DNA of 64,000 nucleotides, from positions 416,001-480,000 of the forward strand of contig CAWKKR010000007.1 in the NCBI GenBank assembly GCA_963850305.1, given 5' to 3'. A program made the translations under genes and the position numbers. The notes beneath the pieces were generated by a model that was not told the origin of the DNA, ran no database searches, and saw only the letters and a program-made list of their open reading frames with translations. Of this stretch, positions 1 through 7,823 are shown one piece after another. Each line of letters starts with the position of its first letter. The stretch's first letter is position 1. The stretch is from an uncultured delta proteobacterium (lineage in GTDB: Bacteria > Myxococcota_A > Polyangia > Polyangiales > Polyangiaceae).

Positions 1-1517
1 GTGAGGAGTCGGGCAGCATCGTCGAACCGAACGCCGGACGTGACGGTACTGTGGCTGCGATGATCCTTCGATGACATCTGGAGTCCGGTGGCCACGTCCC
101 ACACGCGGTCTTCGCTCTGGGTATTTGCGTCGCAGCCTTCGTTCGACACGGACTCGGCCCAGCTCGAGTAGCGGCCGACCCAGCCGAACACACTCGTCTG
201 GCGAGATAGCTCGAAGTCCGCCCTCATTCGCCCTCCGGTCACGCAGGTGTTGAACCCCTCGTACTCGGTGTCGACCCAGAGGGCTTCGGTCGTCGGCGGC
301 GCACTATATTGTACGGCTGAAAACTCCGGCGCGTGAGCCAGGTCGACGTTCGCGAGGAGCGGGAAGAAGCGCCGGTAGTCTTTGAACTCCGCGGTGACGG
401 TGACGGGTGCAAACTGGCCGCTCAGGCTCGCGTAAATGGCGTGACCCGCCGCAGGTAAACCGGACGAGGCGGCGACCTGAGCGGGATAGGAGAGGCCCTG
501 CAACGCCGCTTCGACGTAAAGTGCGCCGTGCCCTCCGAGGTTTGGCGCCGAGAGGGAGACGCTCCCCGTGCGCACGGTGTCGGCGCTACGGACGACTCCG
601 GGGGAGAGCGGCATCGGCATCCCGGAGGGACCGTCCAGCAGCGTCCGTCCGAGCAGCGAGCCTTGAACGCCGACTAGAAGGTCATCGGTGCCCCCTTCGA
701 TCTGCGCACCCGCGAGGCGATCCGGCGAATAGGTCGGAGTGGCCGCCGCATCGAACGGGCTCGCCTGCGCGGGGGGCATGCCCGCCTCGGTGATCCCGGC
801 AATTCCCCGAGTCACGCTCGACGTGACGCCGAGATAGCGCCCGCTCGCCTCGTCGACGCGGAGCGGATTCATCGTGCCGCCGAGGACCGTCAGTTTGAAG
901 CGAGTCGAATCGACGCGGAAGCGGCCCGTCAAGCGGCCGCCCCGCACCGTGGTGTCGCTCGCGAGCGCGTCTTGCTGCCTCACGCTGAGCACGAGGCCGC
1001 GGCCGAACTGCGCCGAGAAGTCTCCGGCGGTCACGTCGAGGTAGCGGGACGTGTACCCCATGTAGTATTTCGAAGGGTAAAGCCAGCTCGTGTAGCGAGT
1101 GGCAAGCTCCCTGGACGTTTCGGTGGTGTTCTCCACGAATGAATTGGCGTCCTCGGGCGTGTACGTCGCAGGGAGCGTTCCCCCGTGCTGTTCGCGCAGG
1201 AGCTCCAGCGCGACCTCCGTCGGAGTCTTCGCCGTGAAGAACCATGCTGAATCGAGCCGAAGCCCTGCGTGGAAGTGGCCGTAACTCGCCAGCGCATTCA
1301 GGCGATTGTAATAGACGCCCCAGTCGTCATCGACGTGGCTCGCGACGCTCGCCTGGTCGGAGTTCCGGTTGTCCACGTTGTAGAGGACGCTCGCCGTCTC
1401 CGTCACGTCGAGATGGATCGGTTGCCCTCCGACCGGCGCCGTGTCCACGGCGCCCGCGGTCCGTGCGCCGAGCAGGATCAACGAAAGAAAGCGCGACGCG
1501 AATCGAAATCGGCTCAC
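1..1517 (-). CDS. DUF6029-like outer-membrane beta-barrel protein (3' end runs off the window; absent from ORF track)
   Basis: Hand translation gives an open frame from GTG at 1517 to base 1 with no stop. Signal-peptide-like start MSRFRFASRFLSLILLGARTAGA; motifs VTAGDFSAQFGRGLVLSVRQQDALASDTTVRGG, GHAIYASLS and AEFKDYRRF..YSAPPT resemble DUF6029. Confidence 0.7.
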   Translation of the reverse strand, partial: MSRFRFASRFLSLILLGARTAGAVDTAPVGGQPIHLDVTETASVLYNVDNRNSDQASVASHVDDDWGVYYNRLNALASYGHFHAGLRLDSAWFFTAKTPTEVALELLREQHGGTLPATYTPEDANSFVENTTETSRELATRYTSWLYPSKYYMGYTSRYLDVTAGDFSAQFGRGLVLSVRQQDALASDTTVRGGRLTGRFRVDSTRFKLTVLGGTMNPLRVDEASGRYLGVTSSVTRGIAGITEAGMPPAQASPFDAAATPTYSPDRLAGAQIEGGTDDLLVGVQGSLLGRTLLDGPSGMPMPLSPGVVRSADTVRTGSVSLSAPNLGGHGALYVEAALQGLSYPAQVAASSGLPAAGHAIYASLSGQFAPVTVTAEFKDYRRFFPLLANVDLAHAPEFSAVQYSAPPTTEALWVDTEYEGFNTCVTGGRMRADFELSRQTSVFGWVGRYSSWAESVSNEGCDANTQSEDRVWDVATGLQMSSKDHRSHSTVTSGVRFDDAARLL

Positions 1518-1538
1518 CCGGTCTCCGTGGCCGTCGCG

Positions 1539-2237
1539 CTAGGGACCCGTGCCGGCCAGGAAGGTGTCCACGGCTCCGAACAGCACGGAAGGTTCATTGC
1601 CCGAGAGCGCGAGCACGATCTTCATCGTCTTCGTGTCGATGAGCAGGTTGAACGGAGCCGTGACCGTCGACGTGAAGAGCCCGAGCTGATGCTCGGCATC
1701 GAGAGCGAACGGAAAGTCGAGCGAGTACACTTCGGCCCAGGTCGCCGCGTCAGCCGGTGTCGCGGGTTTGGCCGCGGCGTCCTGGAAGATGGTGCCGAGA
1801 ATCCGGAACCCTTGGCCCTGCAGCGCCGCCAGGCGCGCCGTGAGCGAAGGCTGAGTCGCGCCGTCGCCACCGTACTCGGAGCGACAGGATACGCACCAGA
1901 CGGCACACGACTCGACGAGCAAGAGTCGGGCGTCCGGATCGGCGTGGAAGTTCGAGAGGCAAATCGGTTGGAAATGGGTGATGTCGTAGTTTGCTGCCTT
2001 CGGATCTTCCCAGCCCTGGAAGCAAAGGTCCCTCGTCACGTCTCCCACTTGAGTGCCATAGGGGCCCGCCGGATAAGTCGATGTGCCGCCGTCCGCGGGT
2101 CGTGCCCCCGCGCGAATGGCGTCGAGCAAGCCCTGCGGAACGGCCGCGTCGTTCGAGCCGCAGCCGACGGCCAGGAGGGCGAGTAGCAGAAGGGAACGGG
2201 CGGGGGTCACGTCGAGACCTCGCATGAATACGGCCAT
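1539..2237 (-). CDS. TlpA/ResA-like thioredoxin-fold (redoxin) lipoprotein
   Basis: Lipobox LAVGC; AVWCVSC (CxxC); later 'FPFALD' and 'APFNLLID' cis-Pro region. Start may be 5 codons later. Confidence 0.8.
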   Translation of the reverse strand: MAVFMRGLDVTPARSLLLLALLAVGCGSNDAAVPQGLLDAIRAGARPADGGTSTYPAGPYGTQVGDVTRDLCFQGWEDPKAANYDITHFQPICLSNFHADPDARLLLVESCAVWCVSCRSEYGGDGATQPSLTARLAALQGQGFRILGTIFQDAAAKPATPADAATWAEVYSLDFPFALDAEHQLGLFTSTVTAPFNLLIDTKTMKIVLALSGNEPSVLFGAVDTFLAGTGP

Positions 2238-2455
2238 CCCGCTGACTTGTTACAAAAATCGACGCCAGCCTGGCGCAGCCGCCGGAGTGAGTGCGAGCGT
2301 CCTGGAGTGGAGCCGAGCGTCCGTCTCGGTCGGAAGGAAAAATCGCCGGAGGATGATGAGAAATGTTGGGTCAGGCGTGTCACTTTATCCTTGGTCGCCG
2401 CGTAGGTGCTGAAAGAGCCGTCCCCGGCTCGCGCCGAGTGACGTTGGAATTTTTC

Positions 2456-3364
2456 ATGAAGCTTGCTTACTGGCTCGCCCTCGCTCCTCTCATCACCGGC
2501 GGCTGTAGCTCCGGCTCGGACACCCATGGGGACTCGAAGACCCTCGGCGCGGCGGACGCGGCGCCACCTGGATTCGGTCCGTCGGATGCGGACACGTCGG
2601 GGATCTTCGTGAAGACGGTGACAGGGCGATTTCTCGATCCGAACGGAAACCCGCCATCGTCGGCGGACTTCACCGTCTCCGTTTGTGGCCCCATCTGTTA
2701 CTTCGGCGATTCGGCGTCCGATGGCAGCTTCTCGACCCCGATCGGTGCGCGTATCGATCTGTCGCAATACTCGGCGCTTCCCCACGGGCGGCCCTACATC
2801 GCCGGATTCTATTTCGCGCTGCCGACGGACGCGCCTGGACCCGCGATCGATCTCGGCGATCTCCGGATCATCCCGATGCCCCAGGACGGCGCGCCCATCG
2901 ATCCGACGGGCGCGACGGCACAGACGCTGACCTCGGGTCCCGTGACGCTCGACATTGCCCAGGGCCTCGGCACCCACCTCGAGTTCGACGACCTCGCAGC
3001 AGCCGCCGCGGGCTCCGAGTTCCGCGCCGTCACCGTGGACCCGCACCTCATGGGCCGCTTCGTTCCACAGGACGCGGACGCGATCATCGCCCTCGGTCCT
3101 TTCGAGTCCTATGAGTTCGACGCGGGGAGCAACGTCGTTCCCACGCACCTGACGTTCGCCAACACGGCCGGCCTCGCTCCGGGCAAGGCCGTCGAGTTTC
3201 TCGCACTCGGAACCTATCTGCATCCCGACTGGATCCCACCGGCGGAGTTCACATCCGTCGCGACGGGTCGCGTTTCGGCGGACGGCGCTCGTATCGATCT
3301 CGATGCAGGGGAAGGGCTTCTCTATCTCACCTGGGTTGCCATCCGGGCAACGGGTGGCGAGTGA
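2456..3364 (+). CDS. Hypothetical lipoprotein (beta-rich)
   Basis: ATG at 2456 gives MKLAYWLALAPLITGGC (lipobox); stop overlaps the next start (GTGA). Confidence 0.7.
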   Translation: MKLAYWLALAPLITGGCSSGSDTHGDSKTLGAADAAPPGFGPSDADTSGIFVKTVTGRFLDPNGNPPSSADFTVSVCGPICYFGDSASDGSFSTPIGARIDLSQYSALPHGRPYIAGFYFALPTDAPGPAIDLGDLRIIPMPQDGAPIDPTGATAQTLTSGPVTLDIAQGLGTHLEFDDLAAAAAGSEFRAVTVDPHLMGRFVPQDADAIIALGPFESYEFDAGSNVVPTHLTFANTAGLAPGKAVEFLALGTYLHPDWIPPAEFTSVATGRVSADGARIDLDAGEGLLYLTWVAIRATGGE

Positions 3365-5049
3365 CCCCGTCGATGGGCGTAAGGAGAGCCGTGGCGCGGC
3401 GCCGAAGCGGGCGTTACCGCGGCAGTGCGCTCGCGGGCTTGCTCGCGGCTTTCGCCACGGCATGCAGCAGTGGCACGAAGGGAACGGGCGGGGCGGAAGC
3501 CAGCGCACCAGCGTGTGCCGCGGAGCCGGCGACCGCCGCTGCCGCGCCGGAGCTGAACGGCGGAGTCTCGTGGCTGAACACCGATCACCCGTGGACGCTC
3601 GCCGAGCTCAAAGGCCAGGTCGTTCTCCTCGATTTCTGGACCTACGGATGCATCAATTGTCTGCATCAAGTGCCGGTGGTCTCGGCGCTCGAGGATCAGT
3701 TCGCGGGGCGTCCGTTCGTCGTGATCGGCGTCCATTCGGCGAAGTTTGCGAACGAGAAGGACGCGGACAACATCGAGCTCGCGATCCAGCAATACGACAT
3801 CCGCCATCCTGTGGTCGTCGACAGCAACCTCGCCATCTGGAACGCCTTCAACGTCAACGCCTGGCCGACGGCGGTCATCATCGATGCCGAAGGCCGCATT
3901 CGGTACATGCAGGCCGGGGAATATTCAGCGTCCGCGGCCGCCGGGCGGATCACACAGCTTCTCGATCAAGCCGAATGCCTCGGCGTGGCCGCAGCGCCGA
4001 TCTCGTATCTGACGGACCCGAACGCGAGCGCCACGACGCCACTCCTCTTTCCGACCGCGGTGCTCGCGCTGCCCGACGGCAGGATCGCGATCTCCGACTC
4101 CTCGCACAATCGGATCGTCGTGATGCAGAGCGAAGGGACGGTCGGCGACGTCTTCGGCTCGGGGACCGCGGGATTCGTCGATGGAGCCGCGGCTGACGCC
4201 GAATTCTCAGCGCCCGAGGGGCTCACGTTCGCAGGCGGGCTGCTCTACGTCGCCGACTCTGGAAACCACTCGATCCGTGCCATCGATCTGACCACACGGA
4301 CGGTCACCAACGTTGCGGGCACGGGAGCCCCTGGGGGTGATCTCTCCACTGCCACGGACTGGATGCCATCGACGACCACGCGTCTGAACTCGCCCTGGGA
4401 CCTCGAGCCCGCGGGCTCGATGATCGCCGTCGCACTCGCCGGCGTTCATCAGCTCGGCATGTTCGATCCCGCCGGCGCGCGATTCCGCTGGTTCTCGGGC
4501 ACTGGAGCCGAGGGGCTGGTCGACGGTACCGCGACGACGTGCGAGTACGCGCAGCCGAGCGCACTCTCGCCCAGCCAGGACGGCTCGACGCTGTACGTCG
4601 CCGATGCCGAATCGTCTTCCGTGCGCGCCGTGAACGTCGCCGACGGCTCATGCTCGACGCTGGTCGGGCAGGGGCTGTTCGACTTCGGCGACCGGGACGG
4701 GACCGGGGATCAGGTGTTGCTCCAGCACGTCTCCGGGCTCGAAACGCTCGCCGATGGAGACCTGCTTCTCGCCGATACGTACAACTCCAAGATCAAAGAT
4801 CTGGTCCCTTCCACCCGCACCGTCACGACCGTCGATTGGCCCCCGGTGAGCCTCGCGCTCGACGAGCCCCGCGGCCTGTCGCGGCTCGGCAACGTGGTTT
4901 ACGTGGCCGACACGAGCCATCACCGGATCCTCGTCCACGATCTCGCGTCCGGCGACACCCACGTGCTCGATCTCGGCGATCTCGCGCCCCCGTCTTCATC
5001 CGGCGACGGCGGGGTGATGGGCGCGCCGAGCGGCGACGCAGCGCCCTGA
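3361..5049 (+). CDS. Thioredoxin-like + NHL-repeat beta-propeller lipoprotein (NHLRC2/SOQ1-like architecture)
   Basis: LDFWTYGCINCLH, IGVHSAKFANEKD and NAWPT motifs, then NHL repeats (LYVADSGNHSIR, LYVADAESSSVR, ADTYNSKIK); lipobox ATAC. Confidence 0.9.
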   Translation: MTPSMGVRRAVARRRSGRYRGSALAGLLAAFATACSSGTKGTGGAEASAPACAAEPATAAAAPELNGGVSWLNTDHPWTLAELKGQVVLLDFWTYGCINCLHQVPVVSALEDQFAGRPFVVIGVHSAKFANEKDADNIELAIQQYDIRHPVVVDSNLAIWNAFNVNAWPTAVIIDAEGRIRYMQAGEYSASAAAGRITQLLDQAECLGVAAAPISYLTDPNASATTPLLFPTAVLALPDGRIAISDSSHNRIVVMQSEGTVGDVFGSGTAGFVDGAAADAEFSAPEGLTFAGGLLYVADSGNHSIRAIDLTTRTVTNVAGTGAPGGDLSTATDWMPSTTTRLNSPWDLEPAGSMIAVALAGVHQLGMFDPAGARFRWFSGTGAEGLVDGTATTCEYAQPSALSPSQDGSTLYVADAESSSVRAVNVADGSCSTLVGQGLFDFGDRDGTGDQVLLQHVSGLETLADGDLLLADTYNSKIKDLVPSTRTVTTVDWPPVSLALDEPRGLSRLGNVVYVADTSHHRILVHDLASGDTHVLDLGDLAPPSSSGDGGVMGAPSGDAAP

Positions 5050-5208
5050 GCCCGCGCCGCCGCCGCGGAACCAAGCGTCGTTCGCGAGCGGCCGGTGGCG
5101 TGTCGCGCCGGCAAACTCGTCCACGATGCAGCGAGCAGGCCGGGCAAGTGCGTGATCACCGATTCGCTGGCTTGCACACCACGTCCGTCCGCGCGCAAGC
5201 TCCCTTTC

Positions 5209-5628
5209 ATGGACGAGCACATCGATCCGACGAAAGAGCAGTTCGCCGCCTTCAAGGACCTGAAGCGTGAGGGGCGGATTCACATGCTGAACCTCGTGCG
5301 CTTGCGCGCGGCGGCCGCATATCCGGACGGTCGCGAGGCGACGGGCGACGATGCCTACCGCGCTTACGCGCGTGAGAGCGGCCCGGTCTTCAAGCGGGTC
5401 GGCGGGCGGCAATACTGGGTCGGGGGATTCGAACAGATGCTGATTGGCCCGTCCACCGAGCGCTGGGACCGCGTCTTCATTGCCGAGTACCCGAGCGGGC
5501 AGGCGTTCGTGGAAATGCTTCGCGACCCGATCTACCGCGAAGCCGTCAAGCACCGGCAGGCCGCCGTCGAGGATTCGCGACTGATCCGGCTGAAGCCGCT
5601 CGAAGCCGGAGAAGTATTCGGAGAGTGA
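5209..5628 (+). CDS. DUF1330-domain protein
   Basis: HIDPTKEQF...IHMLNLVRL...AYRAY...WDRVFIAEYPSGQAFVEM...YREAVKHRQAAVEDSRLI. Confidence 0.85.
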   Translation: MDEHIDPTKEQFAAFKDLKREGRIHMLNLVRLRAAAAYPDGREATGDDAYRAYARESGPVFKRVGGRQYWVGGFEQMLIGPSTERWDRVFIAEYPSGQAFVEMLRDPIYREAVKHRQAAVEDSRLIRLKPLEAGEVFGE

Positions 5629-5650
5629 ACGCGCGCTACCGAGGCGCCCG

Positions 5651-5986
5651 TCAGGGATACTCGAACGTGACGGTCACGCCGCCAGCGTCCGTGCAAAGCG
5701 TGGCGCCCGTTTCGCCCTGGATGCAGTCGCAGGACGGGTTGTCGGAGCACTTCGCAGGAATGGGCTTGCAGGTGTAGTTCGGGGGCGCGCAGCAGGGGCC
5801 TCCCTCGGTCACGTTGCAATAGTCGGTCGCGATGGGACACGTCAGGCTGTCGCCGCAGCTGAAGGTGAGCCGTGTGTTGGCGGAACCGCCCGCGCCTGCG
5901 ATGCTCCCACTCGTCGCGCCGCCGCACGCGACGAGCAGCCAGAGCGTTGGAACGGCCGCGAGTGTTGCAGGTCGCAGTACGTACAT
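5651..5986 (-). CDS. Small Cys-rich lipoprotein
   Basis: Lipobox LVAC, Gly/Ser linker, ten-Cys domain. Start at 5986 (TAGCCT 6 nt upstream) or 5992. Confidence 0.7.
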   Translation of the reverse strand: MYVLRPATLAAVPTLWLLVACGGATSGSIAGAGGSANTRLTFSCGDSLTCPIATDYCNVTEGGPCCAPPNYTCKPIPAKCSDNPSCDCIQGETGATLCTDAGGVTVTFEYP

Positions 5987-6002
5987 GAGCATAGGCTAAC
6001 AG

Positions 6003-6068
6003 GGCGTCACCGCGTTCGCGGGCGTCGCCGGCATCGTCCTCGGGTTCGCTGCCCAGCGCACGCTCTCG
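6003..6068 (+). pseudogene. Relic of a small-conductance mechanosensitive channel (MscS TM3 segment)
   Basis: Translates GVTAFAGVAGIVLGFAAQRTLS, like the TM3 region of the intact MscS at 46498-47424 (LAGVGVLGLALGFAFQDIAAN); in-frame TAA at 5997-5999, no start. Confidence 0.55.
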
Positions 6069-6098
6069 CCGCGAACCCGTCAAGGATCTCTCTGGCCT

Positions 6099-6365
6099 TC
6101 ATCGCGCCGGGTTGCCGATCGCGTCGGCGAGTCGGGTCAGGAGGTGACGCATGTCAGCGGGCGACCGCAACCGATACCGTGCGTGAGAGACGCCCGGGTC
6201 GACCCGCACCGAGACATCGCCTTGCTCGAACGCCGCGAACAGATCCTCGTCGGTTCGATCGTCACCCGCGCCGAACAGCAACGGCCGCAGGCGATGCCTC
6301 TCGATGATCTCGCCGACGACGCTCGCCTTGGTGACGCCCGGGATCCTCGCTTCGATGATCTTCGT
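6099..6365 (-). pseudogene. C-terminal relic of trehalose-6-phosphate phosphatase (OtsB or the phosphatase domain of OtsAB)
   Basis: TKIIEARIPGVTKASVVGEII...LFGAGDDRTDEDLF...VRVDPGVSHARYRL: HAD motifs III/IV of TPP; motif I and the N-terminal part are absent. Confidence 0.75.
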
Positions 6366-6392
6366 TCGGTGACGACGCTCGAAGGGTCGCCC

Positions 6393-7514
6393 TCAATGCT
6401 TCGGAACGCTCGCCTTGCCGCACGTCGGACCGATCGGAAACCCGCCAGGGGGCGCCTTCCTCAGCCGCTCCTCGGTGGCCGGGCTGTAGTGGCCGTCGGC
6501 TGCAATCGGGTCGTCGGGGTGGTTGCGGTTCCAGAGCGTCTGGAACGCGAGCACGTCCATGCCGCCACGGGGCGATTTGTTGCCGCCCTTGTAATCGAAA
6601 TGCACGCGGTCCGACGTGCCGAGCCAGTGAAACTCCTGTGCCTCGAGGGCGGGCCGCCACTGGGCGTGCTCGGCGATGTCCAGGGCAACGCCAATCTCGT
6701 GATTGCTTTCCCCCGGCAGCGTTGCGAGCTGGACCCCGCAGTGCTTGCCGGCAGACCACCGCCAGACGAGATACTGCTGCGCGACCGTCCTGAGCGCGCT
6801 GTTGATCGTCATCTTTTCTTTGCGGTGGGCATCGAGCACCTGGAGGAGATGATTTCGCGCGTCGAGTTCGAGATAGGGGAAGACGTTCGTGGCAAACGCC
6901 AGGTTCGGACGTCTCGGCAGTGGCACGAAAGCATTCGGCTTGATGCAGCGGGCTTGCTCGATAATCTGCCGGCTCAAGCCTTCGACACTCGCCGTCGAGC
7001 AGCTCCCGGCTGCGGCTTCTTGCACCGTGGAGAAGTGTCTCGGGGGAGTCCGTTTCGCGGGCCTCGGCTCGCCGTCATCCGTCTCGTCGTCCAGTACGGG
7101 TGACGACACCTCGGCGGTCTCGGCCGGCGGCTCGCCGCTGCTCGCGACTCCCATCGCTGTGCCGGAAGCCGGGAGCTCGACGGCACGAGGCGTCTCGACC
7201 GGCGGCGCTGAGGTCGCGTTGGTTCCACGTCGAGCGGTGTCCCTCACGACCGAGAACACGCTGAGAACAATCACGGCACCGGGGGCCAGGATCGCCGCGC
7301 ACAACGCCATCGTACGGGTTGGCCGCCAGGCGTGCGGTGCGGAAAGCTCGGTCGAACGACGACCCTCCCCTTCGGGATTCTCCGCGTGCGGCGGCGCAAC
7401 GCTCTCGGGGCCGTCCCCCGTGGCGGCACCGTCCGGGGTCGTCGACGCGCCGTCGTCCTTGGCAGCGTCGTCCGCCACGGGCGCTTCGGTACCGCGATCG
7501 GCAGTTCCGGGCAA
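6393..7514 (-). CDS. Membrane-anchored M15-family Zn peptidase (D-Ala-D-Ala carboxypeptidase-like) with C-terminal peptidoglycan-binding domain
   Basis: SALRTVAQQY, SNHEIGVALDI (H-x6-D), DRVHFDY; C-terminal DVLAFQTLWN...ADGHYSPATEERL; one TM helix. Start uncertain. Confidence 0.8.
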   Translation of the reverse strand: MPGTADRGTEAPVADDAAKDDGASTTPDGAATGDGPESVAPPHAENPEGEGRRSTELSAPHAWRPTRTMALCAAILAPGAVIVLSVFSVVRDTARRGTNATSAPPVETPRAVELPASGTAMGVASSGEPPAETAEVSSPVLDDETDDGEPRPAKRTPPRHFSTVQEAAAGSCSTASVEGLSRQIIEQARCIKPNAFVPLPRRPNLAFATNVFPYLELDARNHLLQVLDAHRKEKMTINSALRTVAQQYLVWRWSAGKHCGVQLATLPGESNHEIGVALDIAEHAQWRPALEAQEFHWLGTSDRVHFDYKGGNKSPRGGMDVLAFQTLWNRNHPDDPIAADGHYSPATEERLRKAPPGGFPIGPTCGKASVPKH

Positions 7515-7545
7515 CCACGACGACGGACCCGCCGCGATCGCAGCG

Positions 7546-7700
7546 CGCAGTGACCCATCCCTGCGCCGCAGTAATCGATGATCCTCGCCGCCGGGACTGC
7601 CGATCGAGTCGGAGTTGTCGATCCCCGCGGCGCGGGGATGGGTTACTGCGAGTCGATCACGTGTACGCGGAGTCGGAGGGACGAGGTACTGCGGCGCAGG
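7546..7700. repeat. Overlapping inverted repeats (24-bp imperfect and 14-bp perfect)
   Basis: 7546-7569 pairs with 7627-7650 (two G:T wobbles on + strand); 7560-7573 CCTGCGCCGCAGTA is the exact reverse complement of 7687-7700. Confidence 0.75.
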
Positions 7701-7823
7701 CGTTCATAAAGGCGACGGGTCGACGGGCGGGCCGGCGGCGGGGAGCGGGAGCAGCAGCAGGCGGGAGCGCGTAACCTCGTGCTGTCCGCGTCTCCAGCCG
7801 CGCTCGTTCCTGCGAGGCGACCT

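Noticed and set aside
6099..7514. TPP relic is in frame after the TGA of the M15 peptidase (possible readthrough or selenocysteine fusion)
   Set aside because: One-in-three chance; the fragment lacks HAD motif I, the peptidase C-terminus is extracytoplasmic, and the TGA is not at a catalytic Cys position.
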